This document shows, one piece after another, positions 12,005 through 24,700 of a DNA stretch of 49,725 bases. The number at the start of each line of letters is the position of its first letter. Position 1 is the stretch's first letter. Source of the DNA: Catajapyx aquilonaris. Its lineage: Eukaryota. Location: the NCBI GenBank assembly GCA_000934665.2, contig JYFJ02002865.1, forward strand, positions 1 through 49,725. The letters are read 5' to 3'. The notes under the pieces were generated by a model. That model did no database searches. It had not been told where the DNA came from and worked only from the letters and a program-made list of their open reading frames with translations. Made by a program: the position numbers and the translations under genes.

Positions 12005-15000
12005 ATGCAGGCAAGCAGAAGGGGAGTGACCATTATTGACGCGAGACTGGCATTTTGTCAATTTCCTTATCATTTTCACGCTTGGGGAACGGAAATGGAA
12101 GGAAGTTCATGCGGCGCTCACCGGGGTGGAGACGGGAGGGGGAAGGCGGGGAATAGGGGGATGGCTAAGCAGAATCCTTATCGATTATCCGGAGCTTTTG
12201 CGGCCAAGGAAGAACAGCCCGTCGGTAGTACAGCCTCCGGACTCTCCCCAACCCTCAGATTCAGGGGATGTTGATGAGATTTTATTTAGTTGGTTTGCGC
12301 CCACATAGCACGTAAATGTGGGGAGGAGGTGGGGGAAGGGAGGGGCAGTTATAGCCATTTTGCCGGTTGTTTACTTTTGTGGGAGGAAAGGGGATGTGGG
12401 AGGGAATCGGAGTTGGGAGCGAGACTAATTGGGATGCTTCAAGCATTTTAGCCAGAGATTCATCCAGCTTCCGGTACGTCTCTTGTTTCACTGTATGGCT
12501 TTCCAAATGAATGTTAGAACCTATGACTCCTATAGATATGTCGTCACCGTTATTTTTTTGATGGTGTAAAAGAAATTGTGACCAGCAGGTGGAATGTTGA
12601 TATAGTTTCACATATGACAGGACTTGACTTGACAGGGGAGATGCAACAAGGCATCGATACCATCTTGGGTTTTCCCCGGTGTGTCACGCCACGCTGCATG
12701 ACTTTCATGCGGACGCTTCTTGACAAATGCTTAAAAAATCAATTTGCGTGAAATTTCCTGTTGCATGGTGACCAAAGTCCTAGATAAGCCGACATTTTGT
12801 CACGGATAATTTTCATTTCACTGCACTGTGCACTGCTTTGAATTTTCCCTTTCAGCCATTTTTTTCTCTCTGGCTTTTTCCCCCTTCTCCTACAGTTCTT
12901 TTCGGGACTTTTATTATCATGACATGTAGAATATTAATGGAGGCAGGTCCAATCCCGATGCAGGCCGGTGTCAAAGCCCACAGTTACATCTCCAAACTAG
13001 ATGCCGCGTCCCTCTTTTTTCCGTTTTTTAGTGCAGGGGACGGTCTTTAAATGAAGGGAAAAGTAAACCCCTTTGCATATAAACGCGCTGGAAATTACCG
13101 TGTCGGTGCAGGGCAATCTTTCTTTTAATATTGGGACAATTTTCTCTCGTATTACACTCCGGTAATCTCCATGCGGAATTGTTATTGCTCGCCTGCTTCC
13201 TTAGTACACTTAATGTTCATTCTCAATCAGGCCTTTAAAGCCAGCAGAGGTTTCGAATTAAGTTTAGGTGCCATGATGTTTTATTACGGAGCTATTTGGA
13301 ATATAAGCCATGACACTGGCGTTTGCATTATTTTTTTATGCATGAAGATGAGGGCAGGAAGACAATAGTATAGGCACATAAGGCATCCCTTATTATGCAA
13401 CCTATGCTGAAGTCACACATACACAGTGAGCACATTATGTGCATTTCCAGTAGACTACAAGTAATTTTATTATATTTGTACCAATACTCTTTGCATTAAT
13501 AACCTCACTTTGCCCTAGCGATAATGCGTAGGAGAATTGATTTGGTTGATTGGAGGAGGCAAAGTCAGCGATACGAGATGGTGCCAAAGGTGAGCACTTC
13601 TTATCGAATTTACGAGTAAGGTTCCTTGTGGCTTTCTAAGACGAAATTATCCGAGTTAATTTTGGCGATTTGGCCTTCATTACCGATATAATAGCTTCGT
13701 CGGTTTAGAATAGGGATAGACGCAGGTAATAGAGGTCATCCTACTCCCCAGGAGACCCCACGCAGCAGGAGTTCTCCAAGTGCTGCATGCTAATTTTGCT
13801 TAAGTTTTGTTCCGATGGAAAAGCGAAAGGTTGTGACGCCGAGCGGAGTTTCAGGAAGAAAGTACACTCAAGTTTACGTTAGCGAATAGACTGTGTCATA
13901 GAAAAGCAGTCCTAAACATGTTATTGAACTTACTTTTTACTTTGAAGTTAATTGTTGTTTGAAAATATTTGTCCTACATGATTGGTATATTCTGGAGACG
14001 AATTGTTGAGTTGAATGAGAATTAACGAGAATTCCCTATTAACTTGAACCTGGTTCCCTTATCACATGCTAGATCAATTTGTAAAATAAAATGTTATGCA
14101 TTCGCTATTTCCACCGAATATGACGTTAGATAAAAGTCGAACTGCAGGCAGGTCTAAAAGCTTCGAAGCAATATTTATCTCATTTAGTAGCGCATACCTG
14201 CCGAGAAAGTCACGCATAATATGTAAGAGAGTGAAAGTTGTCAGATAAGTATAGGCCAAGCAGTACGTGCAGGTTGAGTCATCTTAATTGGTAATGTTCT
14301 AGTTATGAGTCTTCAAATATATTAATTGTGCAATATTGATGACACGGAATATCACTGCACAATAACTTATAAGATTGCGATATATACGAGAGATTGTTTG
14401 TCGAAAGCGTTCACCTTTAAAGGAATATCTTGCACACCCATACTATGACCCAAGAAACAGGTTGTAAAGTCAGAAGCTCATACGTATGCCCTAGATTTTA
14501 GTTGGTGACACCTGAGTTTAGAAGAATTAGGTCAATTCTTTGAAGTGGTAGGCGTATAAACAAATATACAAGCCCTGCTAGATAATACGCCAGGGTGGAA
14601 AGCTTACGAAGATATGCGATTTAATTGCATTCTCCATGACTGTGTCACTTTGTTTTTTTGTACCTCTTACTCTTCTAGTTGCACACTTTTATATTTTATT
14701 TACTGAGCAAATGGAATCGTTGTTTACATATCCTGTGCCATTAAGGTAATTACTAGAGATTTTGTTACATAGCTCATTGTGATGTTCAATATGTTTTGAC
14801 TCTTGTATTTAACTCTATTTTATTTTGTTTGAAATAGTTGGTGAAATGTAACACTTTGTGATGCGCTGCTTTTCCTGTGCCAAAAAAAAAGCTTTTCATA
14901 ATTATAATGAATGCAAAAAACTGCAACAAGAGTTGCAGTATGTGAAGTCGGACGAGAACATTCTTGTGTGTCATATACATAACTAATTGGACTACCTGTT

Positions 15001-15650
15001 AAAATGTCAGTTTGCGTTCCCGTATATCATTGCAATATAAACAAATAACAGAAACTGCACTGAAAATAAGCACGCAGACTGTCCTGTCTGTACCCTACAG
15101 TACTTTACACCCTATTTCACATAATGGTACAGTACCAGTACTGCCAAGGCAGAGCACGGTTTTTATTATCAAGGTGTACAGTTTCAAGTAATGCATGTAA
15201 GACTATTGTGAAAGCTTTTGTTGCTGCAGCCTGCTGCAACTATATACACACAGTATCTGCAGAAACACACGGAATGCCCATACCATACGACAGCAGTTAT
15301 GTTTTCATTCTGCATGCTGGGCTCTCATATGTCGTGTGCTTACATTCTGACCATTAGATAATAAAGTATAGAACTTACAAATACTGTATTTGTTGCTAGG
15401 TTCGGACAGATAACATTCAGCCAACGCTCACTCCGAGCAGAAGTTCAAACTTTCCCAACCACTCATAATTATTTGTATTTTACGGCAAAATTGAAAGGCC
15501 TCTAAAAGTCAATAGACAATGCCCTATTTGGTGTTTTTCTCTCTCATTCCCTTCAGGTCTTCAATGCCATCATTCGCGCTTCCGAAGTAGCTCTGAATTA
15601 TGAATCGTAGTGGGAACATAATAATAAAGAATACCGAGCGCAATAAATTA

Positions 15651-15735
15651 TTATTATCACTTATTTATTAATTATTTTATTTCCATACCCCATTATGGGG
15701 GCCTGAGGAGACCCTTTAGTGGGTTATTATCACTT
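15651..15735 (-). mobile_element. Short 5'-truncated retro-insertion (61 bp) flanked by 12-bp direct repeats
   Basis: TTATTATCACTT occurs at 15651-15662 and 15724-15735. On the minus strand the insert reads CCCACTAAAGGGTCTCCTCAGGCCCCCATAATGGGGTATGGAAATAAAATAATTAATAAAT: a GC-rich part with a small hairpin, then an A-rich tail. Confidence 0.6.
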
Positions 15736-18099
15736 GGGATATGCTTGAATGAAGTGGAAGGGGTGCCTATGGTGCACAACTGCAGCTCTTAAAGAAGACA
15801 TAGGATTTCACTACCACATCTTTTTTGGTAGTCTCTCACTGCGTCTCTCACTGCCACTACATTTCTGACCTCTTACTTGTAGGCCTACTTCCAAATAATC
15901 AAATTACTCAGCCGTAGCCGCAACCAGTGATGGGAAGCAGTGCTGACATCTCCAACTGTCTCTCAAAGTAACTGTGGTTTACTTTCTCACTGAATCACTA
16001 TTTATCATTAACATGTAAGAGCAGTGTAAGAGTGTTTCTTCACGTTTCTTACACTTTACTCGCAATACTAACATTATCTAGACTGATAAGGATAATGTAT
16101 TTTGGTGCAGGCAAGAAAAAGCAGGGAAATGCTAAAAATTCATCAAATCTCATCAACTAGTGAACCATTTGGTTTACATCTTATTGATAGGGACCCCCTG
16201 ATCAGGTCCAATAACCATGACGTGACATGAGATAGAGAACTGTATGATATGACTGGAAAAAGGTGCAATAGTGACTTGGGAGGGATAGTTTATTCAAGTA
16301 TACTCCTCAGGACCATTGAAACATCTGGCCCACTAATTGACCAAATGTCCAATACACCTGCTGTTTAATTTCCCTGTTCCCAGGGGAGAATTCCCCTGAC
16401 AGCTCCACTGTCCGATGCGGATGTATCGGATGTTTGGTCCCGCAGTGCGGCATGTATCTCAGTTGGTCTCATGGTTATAGTATTGTATGGTGGAATAAAC
16501 CATGCATTCCCAGTAATCATTGCGTCTTTATTCCAGTCACATTTCCTCTGATGTCAACTAAAAGTAGCAGAGGAGACTTGTCGGGTTTTTAGCATATTTT
16601 CCCTGGACACATTCTGTGTGACTGGTTGACCTTCATATGACGGTCATAGTAAATATCACTTTGAAATGTATCAATCTGCTTTTACTGGCATATAAGGTAT
16701 ATGCATAGAGCGGTAAAATATATCAGACCGCTCGTAAATAATACCTATCATGAACCATATTAATTTTGGATAATTTTTTCCACTTAACATTTTGTTGTTT
16801 TCGGGTGACCCTTCATAGGTTTGTGCGACGCTGACATCTCCGCATGATCCTTTTCAAGAAAATATCGACTTAATAATTTTCCCTCTGTGCACTCGTCTCA
16901 AAAATGAGAGAGGTACTGAGTGTGAGGTTGGAAGGAGGCGAAAGGCTCTTTCTGAGCCGTAATCCCTGCTCCTTATTTGAAGAAACCAACCGAGGGTTGG
17001 AAGTGGGCGGATATTCAAAAGGTCGAGGGAATGTGAGGACAAAATACTAAATATGGATTAATTGAGGAGTTAGCGTACCGCATGACGTAAAGTAATGTGG
17101 ACACACCCCTTTTTCACCTCATAAAGAGCTATCTGTCCCTTTACTCGCCTCCTATAATAATGTTGCTTAACTTATGGATGGCTTCTACCACTAATCCGCC
17201 TTACGGAAATATAGTAATAACTGTCCCTTCCACTGAGTCTTTTCGAAGGGGTCATTCCCGAAACAATTTCACATTTAATGATGCATGACAGACGGTAATG
17301 CATAACACATGCACACATATGTAATGAAGAAGCTGTTTCATACATTATTTGTTTCACGGAAATTAATTACAATTATGTTTGACCTTTACAGCCCTCCCAA
17401 ATATGATGTAAGTTTTGTTTAAAAGTAGGAATTAGTATTTCTTCAGTGTCAACTTTGATATGATACTTTTAATAGTTTCGCACTCACCTTAGGTGTTGCC
17501 TAGTTGTACAGTAGATAAAATACTGGAGAGTGCAACGGGTTATCGTACCAGTGCAGATGCAAGGGATGTAAGGCCCTAGCCTTCTATTTCTATATCCTGA
17601 CGGAAAGCACCTAATGGAGCGAAGGATTTCTCATATCAGGATAGTTTGAATGAGTTCCCTGCTTCACTTACATGGATGGGGTTGGTGGGATTCTCTATTT
17701 CATCTCACATGAAAGAAAAGTAATAAAGACGCTGTTCAGACGAAAATTAACAGGATGATCCCCCTATACCTAAGGCGACCAAAAAGTGAATCCAACGTAG
17801 CAAGAAGCATAGTGGAAATGACCTCCTTCCTATAACCAACGTGCTATGCGCCCTTGAATGAACAGAATCCACGTGCTAATCCGCCAAATGCTTTCTCATG
17901 CCGATTCCGCCTTGGAGCAGCAATTACGACTTTACGGCACCAATAAAAGTCTCCGAAGAAACGCACACGTCACACAATGATACATCATAAGCCCGGGGTA
18001 TGCAAAGGTTATGCACATGACTCCAGGGTGAAAGAACAATTCCTGGGCAGCTGGCCGTCCAAAAAATGGTTTTATGACCAGTGGGATATGCCAAACAGT

Positions 18100-18453
18100 C
18101 TGGAAGCTCGGCCTGGGCTTTTCCTTGGGCCAAGTGGGTCTGAAGAACCGGATCGAGGTGGCCGAAGTGGGCCAGCGACCGCAAGGGGGACGACCATCCT
18201 CCTCTCTCTAGGAGTGAGGCCCTACCTACCTACCTACCAACCTACCTACCTGTAATGTTGAATCACCTCCCCGTTCTCCCTCCTTCTCCTACCTGAGTCT
18301 CCCCTCGAGGCCATTGTTCCGCTCGGGCGCGGGCCCTCTCGGAAGGCGGCCGGAGTCTTGAAGGCCACCAAACCCTTCAGAGAGTGGTGAGGTGCCTCGG
18401 AAGGCACACGGTTGGACACAGCCTCTCCCACGAGTATGCGGTCTTGAAGGAAC
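18100..18453 (+). promoter_or_regulatory. GC-rich putative promoter / 5' UTR of the IB-domain gene
   Basis: GC content is clearly higher than in the flanks immediately upstream of the ATG. Contains a (CCTA)n tract at 18221-18251, a possible acceptor CCATCCTCCTCTCTCTAG ending 18211, and a uORF at 18436-18447. The TSS cannot be determined and no clear TATA box is seen. Confidence 0.5.
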
Positions 18454-18706
18454 ATGGCTAAGTTGTTGTTGTTATTGTTGGTTGTTGCGGTGGGACTGGC
18501 GGGTAGGACGATGGGGCAGGAGTGCGAGTGCTCTCCGGCGTGTCAGGCCCTGGGCAGCGTGGACGAATGTGAAGGGAGAAGGGTAGCACGACCGGATTGT
18601 CCGTGTTGTCTCCTGTGCGCTGTTGAGGTGGGCCAACAATGCGGCGGCAATAGGATGTGCGATGTGGAGAAGGGGCACGTGTGCTCGGAGAAGGGGATCT
18701 GCGTAG
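18454..18706 (+). CDS. First coding exon of a secreted or membrane cysteine-rich protein: signal peptide + IGFBP N-terminal (IB) domain (CCN / CRIM1 / crimpy-DGCR2-like / IGFBP-related); partial gene
   Basis: Strong Kozak context AACATGG. MAKLLLLLLVVAVGLAGRTMG reads as a signal peptide. There are 12 Cys, including DCPCCLLCA (a variant of GCGCCxxCA) and C-x5-CDxxKGxxC-x5-C as in CCN IB domains. A consensus donor AG|GTGAGT at 18707 falls right after the last Cys of the domain. 253 nt gives a phase-1 junction, typical of extracellular modules. Confidence 0.9.
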
Positions 18707-21700
18707 GTGAGTCCAGATGTAATGCTGGTTGATGATGGCATTGAAGTTTATAGGTGGATGAGTTGTTCACTCGTAAAACACTTATTTGTTGGTCCAAATT
18801 CATCATTTATTCGAAGGTGTTGGACATTCAGGCAAATATGAGATTAACGGTGATTTCCCCAAATATTCGCTGATTTACACAAAATATTCACCAAAAATTC
18901 ACCTGATATCCGACTCTCGATTTGTTCGTAATTAGTTGTGATTATGGTCCTGCCCAACAATAGATCGCCTGCATTTTTCTAAGGCAAATAAATCATTTGA
19001 GACTACTCGAGAATTTCAAACATTTTGTTCCGGATACAGCGAATACTCAGCGATAATAATTACGGCCTCCCTGGAAATGCCCGTACCACCATGCCAGGTA
19101 TTCCCAGAGTGAATGTCAGTGACCTTGTGAGAGATAATATTCCACATGATACTGGTATTAATTACTCTATGCCCAGCAATTATTTATAAGTACCTTGCGG
19201 ATGACGTCAGCCCTTCGTGTACATTTGCCGCCTCCTAACCGTATACACATTCCCATTCTGATAATTTCATTCTACCGGTAACACAATTTTGCGTAACGAA
19301 ATTGTACTACGCCTGTCTTCGGAAAGGGCCCCACCGGTACCGGATAGATCGTGAACAAAGTCGGTCATTTCGCGAAAACAATACCCGCGTTTGAACTTTC
19401 CTTTCACTCGGTGAACTGCGCCTCCCCTTTAAATGAGAAATTCCACATGTTAGCAGCAGCCAGGGAAAGCTGCTGTGGCGAAAATGCACCCTCTCTGTAT
19501 GTTTGTTTTAGTTTTGCTAAATCCATTCCTGCAGGCATCATGCATGCTGCGCAACGCATCGTGGTACATTGTAACGAAATCCTGTCCCAAGAATTTTTTG
19601 GCGCCGTTGAGGCGGACCGCCCGGATTGCAGGACTTCCAAGGGCAAGGAACCTTTCCAAAAGAAAACGACAACTGGCGACTGCACGGTGCAACTGAACTC
19701 CACACACCGTTAATTTTCAAATTGACACTCTAAATTGGAGCACCTAATTACCACAATGTAAAAGGAGTGGTGCATTCACCCTCTTCATTTATGAGAATGA
19801 TGAGCAAATCACGCTTGAGGACGTAATTTAGCTTGGATGCGACTAAAAGCTGCTGACATGCACGTTCACATTCCTTGACCCGAATATCCACAAGCTCACT
19901 GCGACATTCCCTGAAGAAAAATTTTGACTTCTCCAGGTGCCAAGTTTTGACCAAAAAGGCGTGGAGATTTCAATGCACGAGTGAAAAGGGATCATCGAAT
20001 TGGCCAGGATGAACCCACTAGCATCAGTCACGCTCAGTAATAGTTGTTACCTATATCATAAAGTTTTACTTTTAATTACTGATTGGTTTAGCAAGGCCAA
20101 ACAACCGGAACCAATTGTTGTCAAGTTGATCCTAACGCTTCACACATTGCGGTTTTTCCAGTGATCCCAAACTTAATTTGGATTGTATTTCCCATACAAA
20201 TTTGCCTATTAACTTCGGTTTCCTCTCCTTATAAGTCCCGTGCAGAAATCTTCGAAGCGCAGGATCTGTTTATGGCCACATGAAAAGAGAATGCACCGCC
20301 ATCTTTTTGGGCAAGGGCATTGCCCCGTATGTTCACTCCTGAGGGGTAGCGTCCTTCCTTGTGCTTATCAACAGGCGTGCAAAAAAAAAGGCTCACTGTA
20401 CAAAAAGATTTGCGAACTCAAATTTTTAAGCTTGTTCAGATTGGCCATAAAGCGACCTCGACTAATTTTCTTTTACGGCATCCGTTGAAGTAAGTCACGG
20501 CCTCCTTTTAATTTATGCCCACGCCCTCAATTCGAATAGAGTAAACCTTTCCAATGTGACACATGTGCATGCAAAATTTGAGTACACCTCGCTGACTGTT
20601 CGCAGATTGTGTACAGGGTATATAAAAGTAGGGGGGGGAATGCAATTAATTTTTTAGTCACGTTTACTGTAGAGAAGACGAGCGTTGTTTTCGACCGTTG
20701 AGGGGGGGTGAGGAGGGTGGGGTGGGGGGCAACAGAAATTGTCCGGAAATAATGTCGTTAGGGCCTATTTCTGCGTCAACGTGATTAGAAGCGACAGGCA
20801 AGGTAGTCGTGACGTGAATCGAACCCGCGGGTTTTACTTGATTATGCGTAAGCGTGGAAATGGGTATAGGAAAGAGGAAAGATTCCAGAATCCGCCCCCT
20901 CCACCCCCTTCTATCCCTTCTCTCTCCTCCCTTTACGTCCCCCACTTTTTTTCGCGCTCTCTTTAATCACAAGCTGCTATTCATTCCACATCATGCTGGC
21001 AATATACATGTTAATCGGGGGACGATTATTTGCACATCGAGTTCGATGTCTGTTCCTTGGATACCAGTCCTGGACATTTTTGGGTGCTGCTCATGTAGAC
21101 AGTCGCTGACAACAACCGAAAGAATAATTTTAATGGTATAAGGAAGTTCATGTACTTTTGATTCAATTGATGTCACAAATGTTGACTTGTTGCCTATTTA
21201 CTAGTTGAGCAATAACTAGGTACACTCGCACTGAAACATGTATATACAAACTAGTACTGTAAGTATAACGGACATGGGTTGTCTTTTCCCAGATGAAAAT
21301 ATATGATTGATGCCTCATGGTTTTACGTATGTATGCAGACTAGACAGTCACTATATGCTTTAGACTGCTTATTATTTTATGTGGGCAGTACAGGTGTGCT
21401 GTGCACGAGAAAAAATTAATGCATTTTCAATGGGACCTGAAAAATTAATGTGCATGTCAGCCTCTATTGGTAACAATAATACAGAAATACCACAATGTTT
21501 TTGAAGTTGAAATGTTTACAGAATGCCATGTAAAACCTTTATATTAACACAGTTTTTTTTCGCAAAAGTATACGTATTGCCAGTCGAACACCTGAGGCGT
21601 TATTAGTGGTATTCCATCCAATTAACTGCATGTGAAACGCAAGGGGCAGCAGAGTATAGACTATGATTTGACGTGTTGTCTATTTCCGAAATTTCGAGCT

Positions 21701-24700
21701 TGAATGTGCAACATTTTTACTCATTCCAGTGCAAGAAGAGCGCGAATCACATCTATATGTTCTATAAGTTTTATAGACCTATACAGTATATTGCTGAACC
21801 GTTGCGGAATACTGACAGCGAAAGTGATTAATAACAGATCTCGGGCATGTAATCTCTCTATAAGTTAGAGTAAATGTTTTGAGAAAAGTGATGGTTTTCG
21901 GTGGCATTGTTGCGAATATTCTAGAGATGTTATTTACTACACAGTAAAATACCTTTATGCCATTTTCCGCAATATTGGAACTAGATGGAAGCAAGTGTTA
22001 CAGAAAAGTCAATTGAAAATTTCGGATAGCACCCATGAGGAAGTAGTATTAACGAGCAAAAAATATAGCCTATAGCTCTGTTATACTCTCGTGCATTCTG
22101 TATATTGCCATTGTATGTTATGAATAATATTACTTGCCAACAAGTTCATACATCGCAATGTAAACATCTGAACTACGGAACAATCAGTCACAATCTAGTG
22201 CTTTTTAGATATTAGGGTGTTTTCAGTTTGAATATTGCATCATCTTTTATGGGATCCATTTTGTAGGAATCTGTAATTGCTCTAACCGCAAAGTTGATCA
22301 TCATAAAGTAGGGCTATACATTGTCATGTAAATGACTAAATCATATATAATGCTTAACTTACGTTAGTTTATACCAAACTATGACACTTATCATTACGCT
22401 GGAGGAAGAATTAATTTCTTGCGGAGAAAAAGTCATGACATGTGGTGCTTTAGGTGTCATATGCCGGTCCATACCCTTAGAGGAAGGCTGCTGGGATGGC
22501 CTTCAATGAAATAATTGTGTCATTGTCACATTACGCGGTGTACAAGTTGAAGGATTGTGTTTTTTTTGCGGACGTACTAAGTGACAGAGAATAGCAATAT
22601 TAAAATTTTACAACCACCTAATTCAAGACAACACACTGTGCTAGAGGATCCAGTGATTTCTTAGAATCCCCCTGCCTTTCGATTTAATTTCATTGATTTG
22701 TCATGACGACTGGATGTTCGAAGAAGTGGCACATTGAAATCATACAGTGTGTATTTAAATCGTCAATTTACAACTCCATACCGGCGCACCTCCACGAATG
22801 ACATTCCACATCCTTATCAAGCACGAAACAATACATCCCAGATATTTTTCTCACATTCCCCCATCCTTTCTGGATCTACATCCAAACATGTGGATCGCAT
22901 CCTTAAAGAACCCTGTCTTTTATTCATTTCTTTTACTCCATTGTTCCCTATTTTTTTGGCAAATCCCGAGGTTTTCCCGGGACGCATCTTACCCTCTCTC
23001 GCACTTACCCCCCCTTCTTCTCACCCATTTTGGGATCGATTTCCTTTTCCCACCCTGTCCTCCTCCCTTCCCACCCTCACCATCTCTTCCCATTCTCCAC
23101 ATTCTCAGAGCCACGCCACCCGTGATTTATTGGTCTTCCAATCTCAGCCCCCTCCGTTTGAATAAGCGTCTGCACTGCTGGCAGCCCGCCTGAGGGGCAA
23201 TCATCTTTAAATAGCGCCCCCATTTTGCATATTAGTAGCAATAGTTTCTTGGGAAGGGGAGGGTGGCTGTTGCCAACTTGATGGCTGAGAAAACGTGTTA
23301 GGATTATCTACCCTTCATTTTTTGGCCAAAAAACGTGGACGAATTAGAACTGAAAGATGGGTCCATCGCCCGAGGGAACACCCCCCTCCCACTCACTTAC
23401 CCTCTCCGAAGCTTCTTTTGATAGCATGAAGGACCACCTGTCGTCACCATGCTTCATCCCCTTGGCAGCTCCAACATTTCCACCCCCCAACTCCTTCTAG
23501 TCCCCCCTGAAGCCAGAGCACTTTGCCCATTTACAGAAGGCAATGGCCCGAACTTATTCACGCCTCCTCCATTTTAATCTCGGTTCAGTAGTAGACCGGA
23601 GTCCGTTGCTCTTGATGCGTCGTAGACATGAACGAGATAAGTGTTTGTCGGCGGATAAACTATACAAATGAATATAGAGTTGTCCAAATAGGTGTACGTA
23701 ATTGATATACAAGGAATAGGTCTGGTTTTTGGGAGTTACATTGTTTTAATTTCTTAGTGGATCTTGTGATAGGGAGCTTCCAATATCTGGGGCACTCAAC
23801 TGAGCCTAGATGACAGCGTTCTCTGTGGAGGAATGATTTATATCGGAATTTGAATTATGCTCGCGAGCCGTGGGAGGCAGAAAACATAACGAAAAAGTGT
23901 CATAAAGTTATTGAACCATTCACCCACTGGGTCAGAACTTTTATGTGTTGCTTAATATTACAACCCCCTGCGGATCTTTACAGCTCTTGTACTGTGGGGA
24001 AAGCATATATCCTAGTAAATATGCATGTCCCGCAAGGCTATTGCAAGTTGTGATTAATTTAGAGGCGAGTTAAATCAACAGCCAAGGGTGTCGTCGTGCC
24101 AAAAATATTTTTGCGATATAACCTTGTCAACAATAAGTTAATCAAATCATGTGACGGATTTAGCCTTCACCCTCCTGTTTTTCAGGGCCACCGAATACCA
24201 TACTTTCAGGCATGTAGTTTAACAACAGGTTCGATGTTTGCTACTGCTACCTTTATATTTTAAATATAAGGTGGTTCACTGCTCAATTGATCACCTTCAA
24301 TTATGGGGTGGGGTTAAACGTGATGAATTAATTCGTGCCATTCGCGCATGTGTATTTCCTATTGGTTTGGAATGAGTCATCCATCACTTTTACCCCACAA
24401 CATTGTTGGAGGTGTTAAATTAGGCAGTGTACCACACAGTACTTTGACTAAGGCGTGTCAAGGTCGAAGACACTTATGTTTTCAAACAGTATTTTATGAC
24501 TGCTGATGTATGTTGCTTGTAAACGTGAACAGCGAAATGTTATGGACTGCACAATACAAGACCAAAAATTTTGGAGCATTAAATGATATGGAAAGTTATG
24601 ACATTTTGTATATAATTATGCAATGGAAGTCGCATATACCCAAGTAAAGCTCAAAAATTTGTTTCAAAGCCGCCTCAGGACTTCCTAGCTTAGTAGATGT

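Noticed and set aside
11673..12079. Poly-M/poly-I ORFs resembling membrane segments
   Set aside because: Translation of the (ATG)n(ATT)n microsatellite.
15831..15854. 12-bp tandem duplication GTCTCTCACTGC x2
   Set aside because: Ordinary slippage or excision-footprint-scale event with no further support.
19351..19720. Cluster of overlapping Cys-containing ORFs as possible exon 2
   Set aside because: No domain-like Cys pattern and no suitable phase-1 acceptor/donor pair.
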